64,000 nucleotides of DNA from a bacterium (GTDB lineage: Bacteria; Acidobacteriota; Thermoanaerobaculia; Multivoradales; J023): assembly GCA_024226315.1 (NCBI GenBank), contig JAAELT010000489.1:4830-68829 (forward strand), given 5' to 3'. The notes below the pieces were generated by a model, which searched no databases, had not been told where the DNA came from, and worked only from the letters and a program-made list of their open reading frames with translations. Made by a program: the position numbers and the translations under genes. Below are positions 33,558-46,696 of the stretch, one piece after another (position 1 is the stretch's first letter; the number at the start of each line of letters is the position of its first letter).

Positions 33558-34406
33558 ATGTTTCAATCCGATCTGCTCCAGGGACAGAACATCCTCATCA
33601 CCGGCGGCGGCACCGGGCTGGGCCGGGCGATGGCCGAGCGCTTCGGCGGTCTGGGTGCCGGCGTCGGCATCCTCGGCCGGCGCCCGGAGCCGCTCGAGGA
33701 GACCGCGGGCGCGATCAGCGGCGCCGGCGGCCGGGCCGCCTGGGCGAGCGCTGACGTGCGCGATCCGGCGAAGATCGCGGCCGCCGTCGACCAGATGGAA
33801 GGGGAGCTCGGCCCGTTCACCGGCCTGGTCAACAACGCCGCCGGCAACTTCCTGGCGCCATCGGAGGACTTGTCGCCGAACGCCTTCGACGCGGTCGTCC
33901 AGATCGTGCTTTACGGCACCTACCACGCCACCATGGACCTGGGCCGGCGGTGGATCGAGCGCGGCGGCGGCGGGCAGATCCTGTCGATCGTCACCACCTA
34001 CGCCTGGATGGGCTCGTCGTTCGTGCTGCCCTCGGCCTGCGCCAAGGCGGGTGTCCTGGCCATGACCCGCTCGCTGGCGGTGGAGTGGGCGACCTACGGC
34101 ATCCGATCGAACGCCATCGCGCCGGGGCCGTTCCCCACCGAGGGCGCTTTCTCGCGGCTGGCGGCGGCCGGCTTCGAGAACGAGGCCAAGAAGATGAACC
34201 CACTCGGCCGGTTCGGCGAGGAGAGCGAGCTGGCGGACCTGGCGGCGTTTCTGTTCTCGCCGATGGCCACCTACGTCAACGGCGAGTGCGTGGTCATCGA
34301 CGGCGGCGAATGGCTCAAGGTCGGCCAGGAGTTCAGCAAGTACACCGACATCCCGCGCGACGAGATGAAGGCGATGATGCGGGCGATGAAGCCGAAGAAG
34401 GGGTGA
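33558..34406 (+). CDS. short-chain dehydrogenase/reductase (2,4-dienoyl-CoA reductase / peroxisomal trans-2-enoyl-CoA reductase-like)
   Basis: Start MFQSDLLQGQNILITGGGTGLGRAM (TGGGxGxG motif). NNAAG motif. Conserved SxxxK region. 282 aa. Confidence 0.85.
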   Translation: MFQSDLLQGQNILITGGGTGLGRAMAERFGGLGAGVGILGRRPEPLEETAGAISGAGGRAAWASADVRDPAKIAAAVDQMEGELGPFTGLVNNAAGNFLAPSEDLSPNAFDAVVQIVLYGTYHATMDLGRRWIERGGGGQILSIVTTYAWMGSSFVLPSACAKAGVLAMTRSLAVEWATYGIRSNAIAPGPFPTEGAFSRLAAAGFENEAKKMNPLGRFGEESELADLAAFLFSPMATYVNGECVVIDGGEWLKVGQEFSKYTDIPRDEMKAMMRAMKPKKG

Positions 34407-34410
34407 GCCT

Positions 34411-34884
34411 TCAGTCCGTCTCTTCGCCGCTTTTCGCCGTGAAGGCGAGAAAGAGCACTTCGGTGCTGAGGCAGCGGCGGCCGGTGGAGCGCAGGAACAT
34501 CTCGCCGCGGATCCTCATCAGCACGCCCCGCAGCCGCTTGCGGGCGGAGATCAGCTTGGCTCGCAGCTGGACTTCGCTGCCCGAGGGTACGGGTGCGATG
34601 AACCGCACCTTGTCGAGCCCGAAGTTGATCATCATGCCCATGTCGGTGAACTTGACCAGCTCGAAGAACAGATTGGGCAACAGCGACATCATCAGGTAGC
34701 CGTGCGCGATGGTCGTGCCGATCTCGGTCTGCTTGGCGCGCTCCTCGTCGACGTGGATCCACTGGTGATCCTCGGTGGCCGCGGCGAAACCGTTGATGCG
34801 CTCCTGGTCCACCAGGAACCAACGGCTTTCCCCGAGGTCGAGGTCTTTCACGTCGAGCGTGTCGGCGAGGGTCAACTGTTTCAT
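34411..34884 (-). CDS. MaoC-like (R)-specific enoyl-CoA hydratase / hot-dog-fold dehydratase
   Basis: 157 aa. Hot-dog fold pattern …FAAATEDHQWIHVDEERAK…TIAHGYLMMSL…. Confidence 0.8.
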   Translation of the reverse strand: MKQLTLADTLDVKDLDLGESRWFLVDQERINGFAAATEDHQWIHVDEERAKQTEIGTTIAHGYLMMSLLPNLFFELVKFTDMGMMINFGLDKVRFIAPVPSGSEVQLRAKLISARKRLRGVLMRIRGEMFLRSTGRRCLSTEVLFLAFTAKSGEETD

Positions 34885-35013
34885 GGCAACGGTCCAGTCT
34901 GTTCCGAGATCGAGCCGTCATTGTAGGACGGTGCAGGCACATCGGCAAGCGTCGGCAAAGACCCGAAACAAACCGCGGCGTCGATGCGTAGGAATCGACA
35001 GGAGGTTGCACCG

Positions 35014-35208
35014 ATGTGGACGTTCTTCACCTGGCTGATCCTTTTCATCTTGTGCTGGCCGCTGGCGCTGCTGGCGCTCGTCGCCTACCCGATCGTCTGG
35101 TTGCTGCTATTGCCCTTTCGGATCGTCGGCATCGCGGTCGGTGGGGTGCTCGAGCTGCTGAAGGCGATCCTCTTCCTACCCGCCCGCCTGCTCGGCGCTC
35201 GGGCGTGA
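35014..35208 (+). CDS. small hydrophobic membrane protein (64 aa)
   Basis: AGGAGG Shine-Dalgarno 8 nt upstream of ATG at 35014. Two predicted TM helices (MWTFFTWLILFILCWPLALLALVAYPIVWLLLLPF…). Confidence 0.4.
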   Translation: MWTFFTWLILFILCWPLALLALVAYPIVWLLLLPFRIVGIAVGGVLELLKAILFLPARLLGARA

Positions 35209-35213
35209 ATTGA

Positions 35214-37016
35214 TCAACCCGCCGCCGGTTCCTCATAGTCGTCTTCGCCCGGCAGGGGCAGCCGGCGGCCGAGCTGCTGGGCTTGGCGATAGGTCTGCAG
35301 GAACTGCTCATTGAGTCCCTTCCAGCGGTCGGCCAGCCTGCGCTTGACCTCGCTCTGGGTTTGCACCGCCAGCCGGTAGTTGCCCTGCTCGTAGGCGTAC
35401 CAGGCGATAGCCAGCTGCAACAGCACGCGATCGTCCAGCCAGCTGTCGAGCTCCAGCGCGCGGTCGAGGTGAGGCTTGGCCTGATACGGATAGCCGGTGC
35501 GCAGCATCAGCCACGCGAGGCCCAGGGACGCCTTGGCTTCGATCGGTTTGTTGTCGAGCTCGCCGGCGAGCTCCCTGGCGTTGTGAAGACGGGTCTCGGC
35601 CTTCTGAAGGTCTCCGGTATCGATCAGGCTCTCGGCGAGCTTGAAGTTGAGCAGCAGCCGCCGGGACGACTCTTCCTGCTGATCGTAGAACGACAGCGCT
35701 CGGCGCCAGAGATCCTGTGCGGCCGCGGCCTCACCCCGCTGTCTCGCCACCTCGCCCAGGCTGGCCACCACCCGCATCTCGGTCCAGATGTCGGCGGTCT
35801 GGGTCGACAGCTCCCGGGCGTCGGTGAGCATCTGCAGAGCGCCCTCCAGATCGCCGTTCGATAGCAGCAGGCTGCCGATCTGGAACAGGGTGTCCGCCTC
35901 GCCGAGGCGGTCGCCAAGTTGCTGCTGAATCCGCAGCCTCTCCACGTACAGCTCTTCCGCTCGCGCCTCGTCGCCCGCGGCCAGAGCGAGGCGCGACTGC
36001 TCGAAGAGCACGTCGGCCTGCGCGGGCCGATTCTGCAGGTCGAGGAGGATGCCGAATGCCTGGTCGTAGTGCTCGGTGGCTTGGGCGAGCTCGCCGTCGA
36101 GAGCCGCCAGGAGCGCCAGGTCGCGAAGGTGGTCGGCTTCGAGCGCTCGCGCTCCCCGGACCTGAGCGTCCTGCAGCAGCTCGCGGGTGAGCCGGCGGCT
36201 ACGGTCGAGCTCGCCCAGGCTGCGGGCGCACTCCGCCAGCCGCGCCTTGGCCTGGGCGAATCCGGCTTGATGATCGAGAGCGATCCGAAAGTAGTGACGG
36301 GCGTGATCTGGGCCCGAGCTTCGAAGCACCTGGAGTCCGGTGGCATAGAGGCGATCCAGAAACGGCGAGCGCGAGAACTGCTGCGCCAGGCGCCGGGGCT
36401 CGAGCTCGCTGGTCAACCCCCGGGCGAGGGCGAACGCCAGCTCGTCGGCGACCGACAAGGGACCCTCGCCCTCGAGGCGCGCTTCGGCCACCAGGCCGGT
36501 GCCGTCGAAGAGCGCGATCTCGAATTCCGCGTTCTCGCCGTCGCGACCCAGGACGGCGACGTCGAGAACCTGGTCGACGCCCGAGGCCAGGGCGAGTTGG
36601 CGAGCCTGCTCTCTTGCCGCGGAATCTCGCAGATCGAGCTCCCGGGGTGCCATGAGCCGGCGTAGTCGCTCCGGCGACAGCAGGGCGGGGCCGGTGGTGC
36701 GCGCGACCGTCTCCGCCACCATCTCCATCAAACCGTTCTCGACCCATTCGCCGGATCGGTCGGCAGTCGAGTCGAGAAAGGGCAACAGAGCCAGCCGGCC
36801 CTCGAGTGGCAGGTCGACCGCCGGTGCCGTTTGCCGGATCAGCCGCGCCGTCATCACGGCGGCGACGATCAAGACCAGAATCAAGACCAGAAGACTCGGC
36901 GAGCGCCAGAGCGCACCGTCGCGCCGAAAGCGCCCGCCACCGTCTCTGGCGCGTGCCGACGGCCCGCCGTGCCCGAGGGCCGACGGGACCGATTCGGCTG
37001 TCTCGGTTTCTTGCAT
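35214..37016 (-). CDS. TPR-repeat protein with N-terminal membrane anchor
   Basis: One TM helix (SLLVLILVLIVAAVMTA), then a periplasmic/cytoplasmic TolB-N-like region, then ~8 TPR-like repeats. Divergently adjacent to a Ser/Thr kinase gene. Confidence 0.6.
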   Translation of the reverse strand: MQETETAESVPSALGHGGPSARARDGGGRFRRDGALWRSPSLLVLILVLIVAAVMTARLIRQTAPAVDLPLEGRLALLPFLDSTADRSGEWVENGLMEMVAETVARTTGPALLSPERLRRLMAPRELDLRDSAAREQARQLALASGVDQVLDVAVLGRDGENAEFEIALFDGTGLVAEARLEGEGPLSVADELAFALARGLTSELEPRRLAQQFSRSPFLDRLYATGLQVLRSSGPDHARHYFRIALDHQAGFAQAKARLAECARSLGELDRSRRLTRELLQDAQVRGARALEADHLRDLALLAALDGELAQATEHYDQAFGILLDLQNRPAQADVLFEQSRLALAAGDEARAEELYVERLRIQQQLGDRLGEADTLFQIGSLLLSNGDLEGALQMLTDARELSTQTADIWTEMRVVASLGEVARQRGEAAAAQDLWRRALSFYDQQEESSRRLLLNFKLAESLIDTGDLQKAETRLHNARELAGELDNKPIEAKASLGLAWLMLRTGYPYQAKPHLDRALELDSWLDDRVLLQLAIAWYAYEQGNYRLAVQTQSEVKRRLADRWKGLNEQFLQTYRQAQQLGRRLPLPGEDDYEEPAAG

Positions 37017-37113
37017 TCGCGCTCTATGATTGAGCCTCGAGGTCGCTGATCCGCTATATGATCAGCCGATGGGCTCATCCTGACATCTTTTGCATCGGAG
37101 CTCCAACCTGCCA

Positions 37114-39369
37114 ATGAGCCTGCTCGCACGCATCGAAGATCGCTACGAGGTCGTCGCCAAGATCAAGGAAGGCGGCATGGGCGAGATCTACAAGGTCCGC
37201 CATCGCCTGCTCGACGAGGTCCGGGTGGTCAAGGTGCTGCATCCCGAGCTGGTCGGCGACAGCGAGCTCTCCGAGCGCTTCGCGCGCGAGGCGCGGGCCG
37301 CGATTCAGCTCCGTCATCCCAACATCGTCCAGATCTTCGACTTTACTCTCGACGACTCGGGCACCGGTCTGATCGTCATGGAATACATCGACGGGACCGA
37401 TCTCAAGCAGCTGGTCGCGAGACCCGAACGACCGTCGATCGCACTGTCGATAGAGATTGCCCGCCAGGGCCTCCGTGCGCTCGGCTTTCTCCATCGGCAC
37501 GGCTTCGTCCACCGCGACGTCTCGCCCGACAACTTGATGCTGTCGAGCGATGTCGAAGGCCGGCCGCTGGTCAAAGTGATCGACCTGGGGATCGCCAAGC
37601 GCCGCGGCAGCGACCCACAGCTCACCGCCAGCGGCATGTTCCTGGGCAAGTTCCGCTACGCCTCGCCCGAGCACTTCGGCGCTTCGGGGACCGACGGCAT
37701 CGAAGCGCGCAGCGACCTGTACACCTTCGGACTGGTGCTCTACGAGCTGTTGACCGGGCGCTACCCGATCCGCGGCGAGACGACCTCGCAGCTGATCGCG
37801 GGCCATCTCTTTCAGCCGCCGCACGACTTCAGCGTCACCGATCCCGCCGGGCGGGTTCCCGAGCTGTTACGGCGGGCCGTGCTCAAGATCCTGGCCAAGG
37901 AGCCCGCGGAGCGATTCGCCAGCGCCGACGAGTTGATGAAGGAGCTGAAGGACCTGCAGGCGGACTATCCGCTGAGCTCCGAGGTGCTCGACGAATCGCG
38001 GCGCCTCGCCGTCGGCCCGGTCGCCGCTACGACCGGCGGCGAGCTGCCGATGGAGCCCAGCTCGGTCGAGTCCACGGTGCAGAGCGGCTCGGTGGTGCCT
38101 GCTTCGGCCGCGAGCCCGGCAGCGCCTGCCAAGGCCGACGACCCGCCGGCCGAGGATCCGGTCGAGGACGACCCGTCGGCGCGCTTCGAGGCGCTGGTGC
38201 GCGAGGTCGACACCTTGCTCGATTCCGGCCGGTTGATCGAGGCCGATCGGATTCTCTTTCAGGCGAAGGAGGCCTACGGTTCGACCACCGAGCTGACGAC
38301 CGCGCGCGAGCGCCTCGACAAGCTGTATCAAGACGGCGCCGAGACCGGGATTCGGGCGCTGATCTCCCAGGCCTCCGACCTGGCCGGGAAGGGCGAGCAG
38401 GCGCAGGCCCTGGAAGTGCTGGACAAGGCGCGCGCCGCGGCGTCGTCGCGTCCCGCGCTACGCAAGGAGGTCGAAGAGGCTGCTCGCGACCTGAACCGGC
38501 CGCCGCGGCGCACCGTCGACGACGTCGAGCGCGAGCTGGTGGCGTTGATCCGGGATCAGGATCTCAACGGGGCGCGAGACCTGCTGGCCGAAGCGGAGGC
38601 CGAGCGGAGCGAGGACCCGGCGTTCGAGCCGCTACGCCGACTGCTGGCGAGGACCGTGGAGGAGAGGATCCACGATCTGGTCAAGCAGGCCGGCCTGGCC
38701 TTCGAAACGGAGGACTTCGCGGCCGCCACGGACTTCCTCAGGCAGGTGCTCGAGCTCGATCCTGGCAACTCCTGGATCCGTGAGCGTCTGGACAAGTCCC
38801 GCGCCGCGTTGCGTCGTCAGCAGGAGGAGGCTCGGCAGGCCGAAGAACGCGCCGCCGAGCTGCGGACGATCGAGCAGTCGATCGCCGCCGGCGACCTGGA
38901 GACCGCGGCAAACGGCCTGCAAGCTGCTGCCGCGCGCCTGGGCGATCATCTGGAATTCACCGAGGCCGCGGAGCGTCTCGAAGATCGTCGGCGCGAAGCT
39001 CGAGTGAGCTCCTTGATTCGCCAGGCCGAGCGGGCTCGTAAAGGAAAAGACGTGCTGAAAGCCCGGTTGTTGATCGCCGAGGCCCTGGAGCTCCGGCCGG
39101 GAGACCGCGACGCCGAGTCGTTGGCCAAGACCCTGGACGAGGAGCAGCGGGAAGCCGAGATGCAGCTTTCTCCGCTGCGCACCGCGCCGCTGTCCGCCGG
39201 CCTGATGAAGGCCTACACGGATATCGAGGGGCTGCGCGCCAAAGGCGATTCACTGGCGGCGTGGAGGTCTTTGCTCGGCGCGATCGAGGAGTTCGGGGAG
39301 ATCGACACCCTGGTGAAGCTGCGCCGCCTGATCGCCGAAGAGGTTCTGGACGACAGCGACAAGGGCTAG
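37114..39369 (+). CDS. Ser/Thr protein kinase-like protein with long C-terminal coiled-coil/TPR-like region; atypical catalytic loop
   Basis: Kinase motifs IKEGGMGEIYKV, VRVVKVL, HRDVSPDNLML (Ser where the catalytic-loop Lys normally sits), DLGIAK (DLG instead of DFG), ASPEH. ~470-aa C-terminal extension rich in Ala/Arg/Glu/Leu repeats. An alternative start is 8 codons upstream at 37090. Confidence 0.8.
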   Translation: MSLLARIEDRYEVVAKIKEGGMGEIYKVRHRLLDEVRVVKVLHPELVGDSELSERFAREARAAIQLRHPNIVQIFDFTLDDSGTGLIVMEYIDGTDLKQLVARPERPSIALSIEIARQGLRALGFLHRHGFVHRDVSPDNLMLSSDVEGRPLVKVIDLGIAKRRGSDPQLTASGMFLGKFRYASPEHFGASGTDGIEARSDLYTFGLVLYELLTGRYPIRGETTSQLIAGHLFQPPHDFSVTDPAGRVPELLRRAVLKILAKEPAERFASADELMKELKDLQADYPLSSEVLDESRRLAVGPVAATTGGELPMEPSSVESTVQSGSVVPASAASPAAPAKADDPPAEDPVEDDPSARFEALVREVDTLLDSGRLIEADRILFQAKEAYGSTTELTTARERLDKLYQDGAETGIRALISQASDLAGKGEQAQALEVLDKARAAASSRPALRKEVEEAARDLNRPPRRTVDDVERELVALIRDQDLNGARDLLAEAEAERSEDPAFEPLRRLLARTVEERIHDLVKQAGLAFETEDFAAATDFLRQVLELDPGNSWIRERLDKSRAALRRQQEEARQAEERAAELRTIEQSIAAGDLETAANGLQAAAARLGDHLEFTEAAERLEDRRREARVSSLIRQAERARKGKDVLKARLLIAEALELRPGDRDAESLAKTLDEEQREAEMQLSPLRTAPLSAGLMKAYTDIEGLRAKGDSLAAWRSLLGAIEEFGEIDTLVKLRRLIAEEVLDDSDKG

Positions 39370-39453
39370 CGGTCCAGCACCGAATCTCGGTAAACTCTGC
39401 CGCCGTATAGCCTCAGCGGATTTGCGCTGCGTCAGAGCGCTCGACTGCTCAGA

Positions 39454-42387
<2,934 letters not shown>

Positions 42388-42507
42388 GCCGGCGAGTCGT
42401 CGCCCCGTCAACGGATTCGTTACGAGATCTTTACAGGATCGCCGGCACTTTCTGCTCGAGATCACGTACAGACTCGAGAGTCTCACCATTCGAACCGTGG
42501 AGAAACC

Positions 42508-43134
42508 ATGCGAATCCTCGAGCTCCGTTCGCTCTCGATCTGTGCCGTCATCCTCGCCCTCGCCTTTGCCTTCGCTACCGCCGCCGGTGCGGTAGAGCCA
42601 CCCGCCGCCGCGGAACAGATCGCCGGCGCGGTCAGCCCGGCTCCCGAGAGTATGCGCGCAGCCGCGACCATCCTCGGCTACTCCGAGGGCGGCGAGCTCG
42701 TGACCCTGCGTGAAGGTCAGGGCGAGCTGATCTGTCTGGCCGACGACCCGAAACAAGAACGGTTCCACGCCGCCTGCTATTTCAAGGGCCTCGAGCCCTT
42801 CATGGCGCGCGGGCGGGAGCTCAGGGCGCAGGGCAAGGAGCGCGGCGAGGTCCTGGAGACCCGGGAAAAGGAGATCGCCAGCGGAGCGCTGGAAATGCCC
42901 GCGGGGCCGACGGCGCTCTACTCGTTGACCGGCCCGGCCGGCAGCTTCGATCCGGCCACCGGCGAGGTCACCGGCGCCAACCGCACCTACGTCGTCTACA
43001 TCCCGTACGCCACCGCCGAGACCACCGGCCTGTCGCCCGAGGCGGCGGTGGGCAAGCCGTGGATCATGAGCCCCGGCAAGCCCTGGGCCCACATCATGCT
43101 CGTCCAGCCGGCGGAGACGGAGGAGGAGGAGTAG
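42508..43134 (+). CDS. secreted hypothetical protein
   Basis: Signal peptide (MRILELRSLSICAVILALAFAFATAAGA). No recognisable catalytic motif. Ends in an acidic tail EETEEEE. Confidence 0.5.
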   Translation: MRILELRSLSICAVILALAFAFATAAGAVEPPAAAEQIAGAVSPAPESMRAAATILGYSEGGELVTLREGQGELICLADDPKQERFHAACYFKGLEPFMARGRELRAQGKERGEVLETREKEIASGALEMPAGPTALYSLTGPAGSFDPATGEVTGANRTYVVYIPYATAETTGLSPEAAVGKPWIMSPGKPWAHIMLVQPAETEEEE

Positions 43135-44019
43135 TCACCCGGCCGCCTTCAACGCCTCCAGGATCTCGGCGATCTTCTCGTCGGCCTCCTCGGTGGGGGT
43201 CGGCGCGCTGCCTGCGCCCCGGTGTCCGCCGCCGCCGTATCGTGACAGCAGCTCGCCGACGTTGGTGCGGCAGCTGCGGTCGAAGATCGAGTGCGCCACC
43301 GCCGCGACCACGAACTGGCGCTCCGGCCCCCAGTGGATGCGCAGGGAGACGTTGGCGTCGGGGAACAGCGTGTAGACCAGGAATCGGTTGCCGATCGGCA
43401 AAACCCCTTCGGACCGGAAGTCGGTGAACACGACGTTGCCTTCGAGCCGCGAAGAATCCGTCAGCGCTCTACGGAAGTTGCGGTCTTCCTCGCGCAGACG
43501 CTTCACCCGCTCGGCGACCATCGGCTTGCGCAGCACGTCCTCGATCGGCAGGTCCTTGACCCATTCCACGCACTGCCGGAAGTAGACCTCGAAGGCGCCC
43601 AGACCGGTGCGGCCGTCGATGGTGTAGCCGAGCAGGATGTAGCGCTCGGGGCGCAGCACGTCGTCCTCGGTGAGCTGAGCCGAGTCGAGTCGGTTGGTCT
43701 CCTCGACCAGGTCGCCGAAGCTCGGATCCTTGCCGTAGTGCTCCCACACCAGCTGCGCGGCGCTCGGCGCCTGGGCGTAGCGTCCGCGGAGCTCGCCCTC
43801 CGGTCGCCGGTTCGACGAGGTGAGCAGGTGATGGTCGAACCACAGGGCGCACTCCGGGTGATAGGGGAGGTTGGCCACGATGTCGTCGCCGGTGACCTCG
43901 ACCCTGCGGTCGGTGATGTCCTGCGGGTGCACCAGGAGGATCTCCGAGATCTTCTCGTGGCTGGTGACGATCACCGCGCACGCCAGTCCGTCCAGGTCTC
44001 CGCGAGTGATGAGTCGCAT
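43135..44019 (-). CDS. DHH/DHHA1-family phosphoesterase-like protein
   Basis: GGGGHRGAG near the C-terminus resembles the DHHA1 GGGH motif. N-terminal Asp/His cluster (DLDGLACAVI…DHH-like FDHHLL). Family call from motifs only. Confidence 0.5.
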   Translation of the reverse strand: MRLITRGDLDGLACAVIVTSHEKISEILLVHPQDITDRRVEVTGDDIVANLPYHPECALWFDHHLLTSSNRRPEGELRGRYAQAPSAAQLVWEHYGKDPSFGDLVEETNRLDSAQLTEDDVLRPERYILLGYTIDGRTGLGAFEVYFRQCVEWVKDLPIEDVLRKPMVAERVKRLREEDRNFRRALTDSSRLEGNVVFTDFRSEGVLPIGNRFLVYTLFPDANVSLRIHWGPERQFVVAAVAHSIFDRSCRTNVGELLSRYGGGGHRGAGSAPTPTEEADEKIAEILEALKAAG

Positions 44020-44037
44020 GGTCCCTCTCCGATTCCC

Positions 44038-44319
44038 TCAGCCAGCCGCTTTCTCGCGCTTCTCCTTGCCGAGCAGCACCAGGTTGCGGGTGTAGATCAG
44101 GAATCCCATGCTCTGGCCGAGAATGAAGACGGGATCCTGCCGGTGGACGGCATAGGTCAGGAGGATCGCCGCTCCGCCCAGGCTGAAGTACCAGAAAGCA
44201 ACGGGGATGACGCTGCGCTTCTGGCGCTCGCTGGAGATCCACTGCACGAAGAACCTCATGAAGAAGCAGACTTGCCCGATGAGGCCGATCGCCAGCCAGA
44301 CGGTTTCGGTGGTAGTCAT
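44038..44319 (-). CDS. lipid-A-biosynthesis N-terminal (LAB_N) domain small membrane protein
   Basis: 93 aa. Pattern FFMRFFVQWISSE…FWYFSLGGAAILLTYA…DPVFILGQSMGFLIYTRNL typical of the LAB_N family. Confidence 0.6.
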   Translation of the reverse strand: MTTTETVWLAIGLIGQVCFFMRFFVQWISSERQKRSVIPVAFWYFSLGGAAILLTYAVHRQDPVFILGQSMGFLIYTRNLVLLGKEKREKAAG

Positions 44320-44505
44320 TCGAGATTCCTCCTGATTTAGACTCGACCCGCGACCCTATCATCCAGCCCCGAGAGCTCGAAGCCTTCAGCGTTCGACCTC
44401 TCGGCCCAGCCCCGCCGACGGAGCAGACCGTCCTCGAAGAATCGAACGGCCTCCTGAGCTAAGATCGCGGCCGGACGCCGTACCACTACCAGGACCTGAC
44501 ACACC

Positions 44506-45342
44506 ATGACATTCGAGCAATTCACCGGCACCGCTACCTATCTCGCGTCACCCGAGCTGCGTGACGCGGTCAACGTCGCCGTCGCTCTCGAGCGCCCGCT
44601 GCTGATCAAGGGCGAGCCTGGCACCGGCAAGACGATGCTCGCCGAGGCCATCGCCGAGGGCCTTGGCCTGGAGTTCCTGTCCTGGAACATCAAGTCGACC
44701 AGCAAGGGGCACGACGGCCTCTATGTCTACGACACCGTGGCACGGCTCAACGACGCCCGCTTCGGCGATCGTGACATCGGAGACATCCGCCGCTACATCA
44801 AGCTCGGCCCGCTCGGCCGGTCGTTCAAGTCCGCCGAGCGCGTTGTGCTGCTGATCGACGAGGTAGACAAGGCCGACATGGAGTTCCCCAACGATCTGCT
44901 CCACGAGCTCGACCGCATGAGCTTCCAGATCGACGAGACCGGCGAGACTGTCACCGCAACCCAGCGACCGATCGTGGTGGTGACCTCGAACAACGAGAAA
45001 GAGCTGCCCGACGCCTTCCTGCGCCGCTGCGTGTTCCACTACATCGCCTTCCCGGACGAAGATCTGATGCGCGACATCGTGCAGGTGCACCATCCCGAGA
45101 TCGAGGAGGAGCTGTTGCGCCAGGTGCTGATCGCCTTCTACTGGTTGCGCGAGCAGACCGAGCTGCGCAAACGGCCGTCGACCAGCGAGCTGATCGACTG
45201 GATCGCGGCCCTCAGGCGGGCCGGCGTCCGCAAGGAGGCGATGGAGGAGAAGTTGCCGTTTCTCGGCGTGCTGCTCAAGCACGAGCAGGACCTGGGCTCG
45301 GTGGCCGGCCCCCGCGCCCGCCGAGCGGGCGTGCTGCATTGA
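44506..45342 (+). CDS. MoxR-family AAA+ ATPase (CoxD/NorQ-like)
   Basis: Walker A GEPGTGKT, Walker B LLIDEVDKA. 278 aa. Followed by a CoxE-like VWA partner gene. Confidence 0.85.
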   Translation: MTFEQFTGTATYLASPELRDAVNVAVALERPLLIKGEPGTGKTMLAEAIAEGLGLEFLSWNIKSTSKGHDGLYVYDTVARLNDARFGDRDIGDIRRYIKLGPLGRSFKSAERVVLLIDEVDKADMEFPNDLLHELDRMSFQIDETGETVTATQRPIVVVTSNNEKELPDAFLRRCVFHYIAFPDEDLMRDIVQVHHPEIEEELLRQVLIAFYWLREQTELRKRPSTSELIDWIAALRRAGVRKEAMEEKLPFLGVLLKHEQDLGSVAGPRARRAGVLH

Positions 45343-45352
45343 TCGAGGACCG

Positions 45353-46567
45353 ATGTTCACCGACTTTCTCTACCACCTGCGCGGCCGCGGTATCCAGGTC
45401 TCGTTGACCGAGTGGCTGCCGTTGATGAGGGCCATGGCGGAAGGGCACGCGCGCGCCAACCTGACGGTGTTCTACCATCTGGCGCGGGCGCTGCTGGTCA
45501 AGCGAGAGACCCTGTACGACCTCTACGACCAGGCCTTCGCCGAGTACTTCAAGGGAATCGAGGCGCAGTTCGATCTCTCCGAAGAGCTGCTGGACTGGCT
45601 CACCGACCCGGTGCTGCCACGCGAGCTGAGCGCCGAGGAGATCGCGGCGCTCCAGGCCCTGGACCTCGACGAGCTGCGCGAGCGTTTCGACCAACGGTTG
45701 CGCGAGCAGACCGAGCGTCACGATGGCGGCGACCGCTGGATCGGCACCGGCGGTACCTCGCCCTTCGGCCACGGCGGCGTCAACCCGGCGGGGATCCGCG
45801 TCGGCGGCGCCGGCGGCGGACGCTCGGCGGTGCAGGTGGCGAGCGATCGCCGCTTTCGCAACCTGCGCAGCGATCGGGTGCTCGACACCAGGCAGATCGG
45901 CATGGCACTGCGGCGGCTGCGCCGGTTGGGCAAGGACGAAGGTCCCGAGGAGCTGGATCTCGACGCCACCATCGACGAGAGTGCCAGGAACGGCGGCGAG
46001 ATCGACCTGATCTTCGGGCCGCCGCGTCGCAATCGCATCAAGCTGCTGTTGTTGATCGACGTCGGCGGCTCGATGGATCCTCACGCCGACCTCTGCGAAC
46101 GGCTGTTCTCAGCCGCCCACGCCGCCAACCATTTCCAGCACTTCGAGTGGCGCTTCTTCCACAACTGCGTGTACGAGCGGCTCTACACCGACATCTTCCG
46201 GCGCCGCGGCGACCTCACCGCCGACGTGCTCAAGCGCATCGACCGCACCTGGTCGGTGATCCTCGCCGGCGACGCCTGGATGAGCCCGTTCGAGCTCACC
46301 CATCTCGGCGGGGCCATCGACCTTTTCCACGACAACCGCGAGACCGGGCTCACCTGGCTGCAGCGGATCCGCGACCGCTGCCCAAATTCCGTCTGGCTCA
46401 ATCCCGAGCCCAAGCGCATCTGGAACGCCCCCAGCGCCCGCGTCATCCGCGAGGTCTTCCCGATGTTCGAGCTCACCCTCGACGGTCTGTCGGAAGCCGT
46501 GGACGTGATCGCGGGGCGCCGTGCCAACCAGCCCCTGGACGCCGCCATCGGTCAGTGGACGCACTGA
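45353..46567 (+). CDS. VWA-domain protein, CoxE-like partner of the MoxR ATPase
   Basis: 404 aa. C-terminal von Willebrand A-like segment with a DxGxS motif (LLLLIDVGGSMD…). Typical gene pairing with MoxR. Confidence 0.7.
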   Translation: MFTDFLYHLRGRGIQVSLTEWLPLMRAMAEGHARANLTVFYHLARALLVKRETLYDLYDQAFAEYFKGIEAQFDLSEELLDWLTDPVLPRELSAEEIAALQALDLDELRERFDQRLREQTERHDGGDRWIGTGGTSPFGHGGVNPAGIRVGGAGGGRSAVQVASDRRFRNLRSDRVLDTRQIGMALRRLRRLGKDEGPEELDLDATIDESARNGGEIDLIFGPPRRNRIKLLLLIDVGGSMDPHADLCERLFSAAHAANHFQHFEWRFFHNCVYERLYTDIFRRRGDLTADVLKRIDRTWSVILAGDAWMSPFELTHLGGAIDLFHDNRETGLTWLQRIRDRCPNSVWLNPEPKRIWNAPSARVIREVFPMFELTLDGLSEAVDVIAGRRANQPLDAAIGQWTH

Positions 46568-46696
46568 GGCGTCAGCCCCTCGAGACCGGGCGCGGCACAC
46601 GGCTGGTGCGGGTATACTCGCCGCGCCTCTGACGCCGGTTCCACGTTTCCACAACTCCCTTTGAGACCCGCTCCTCCAGCCCCCGGTCCACCCGCC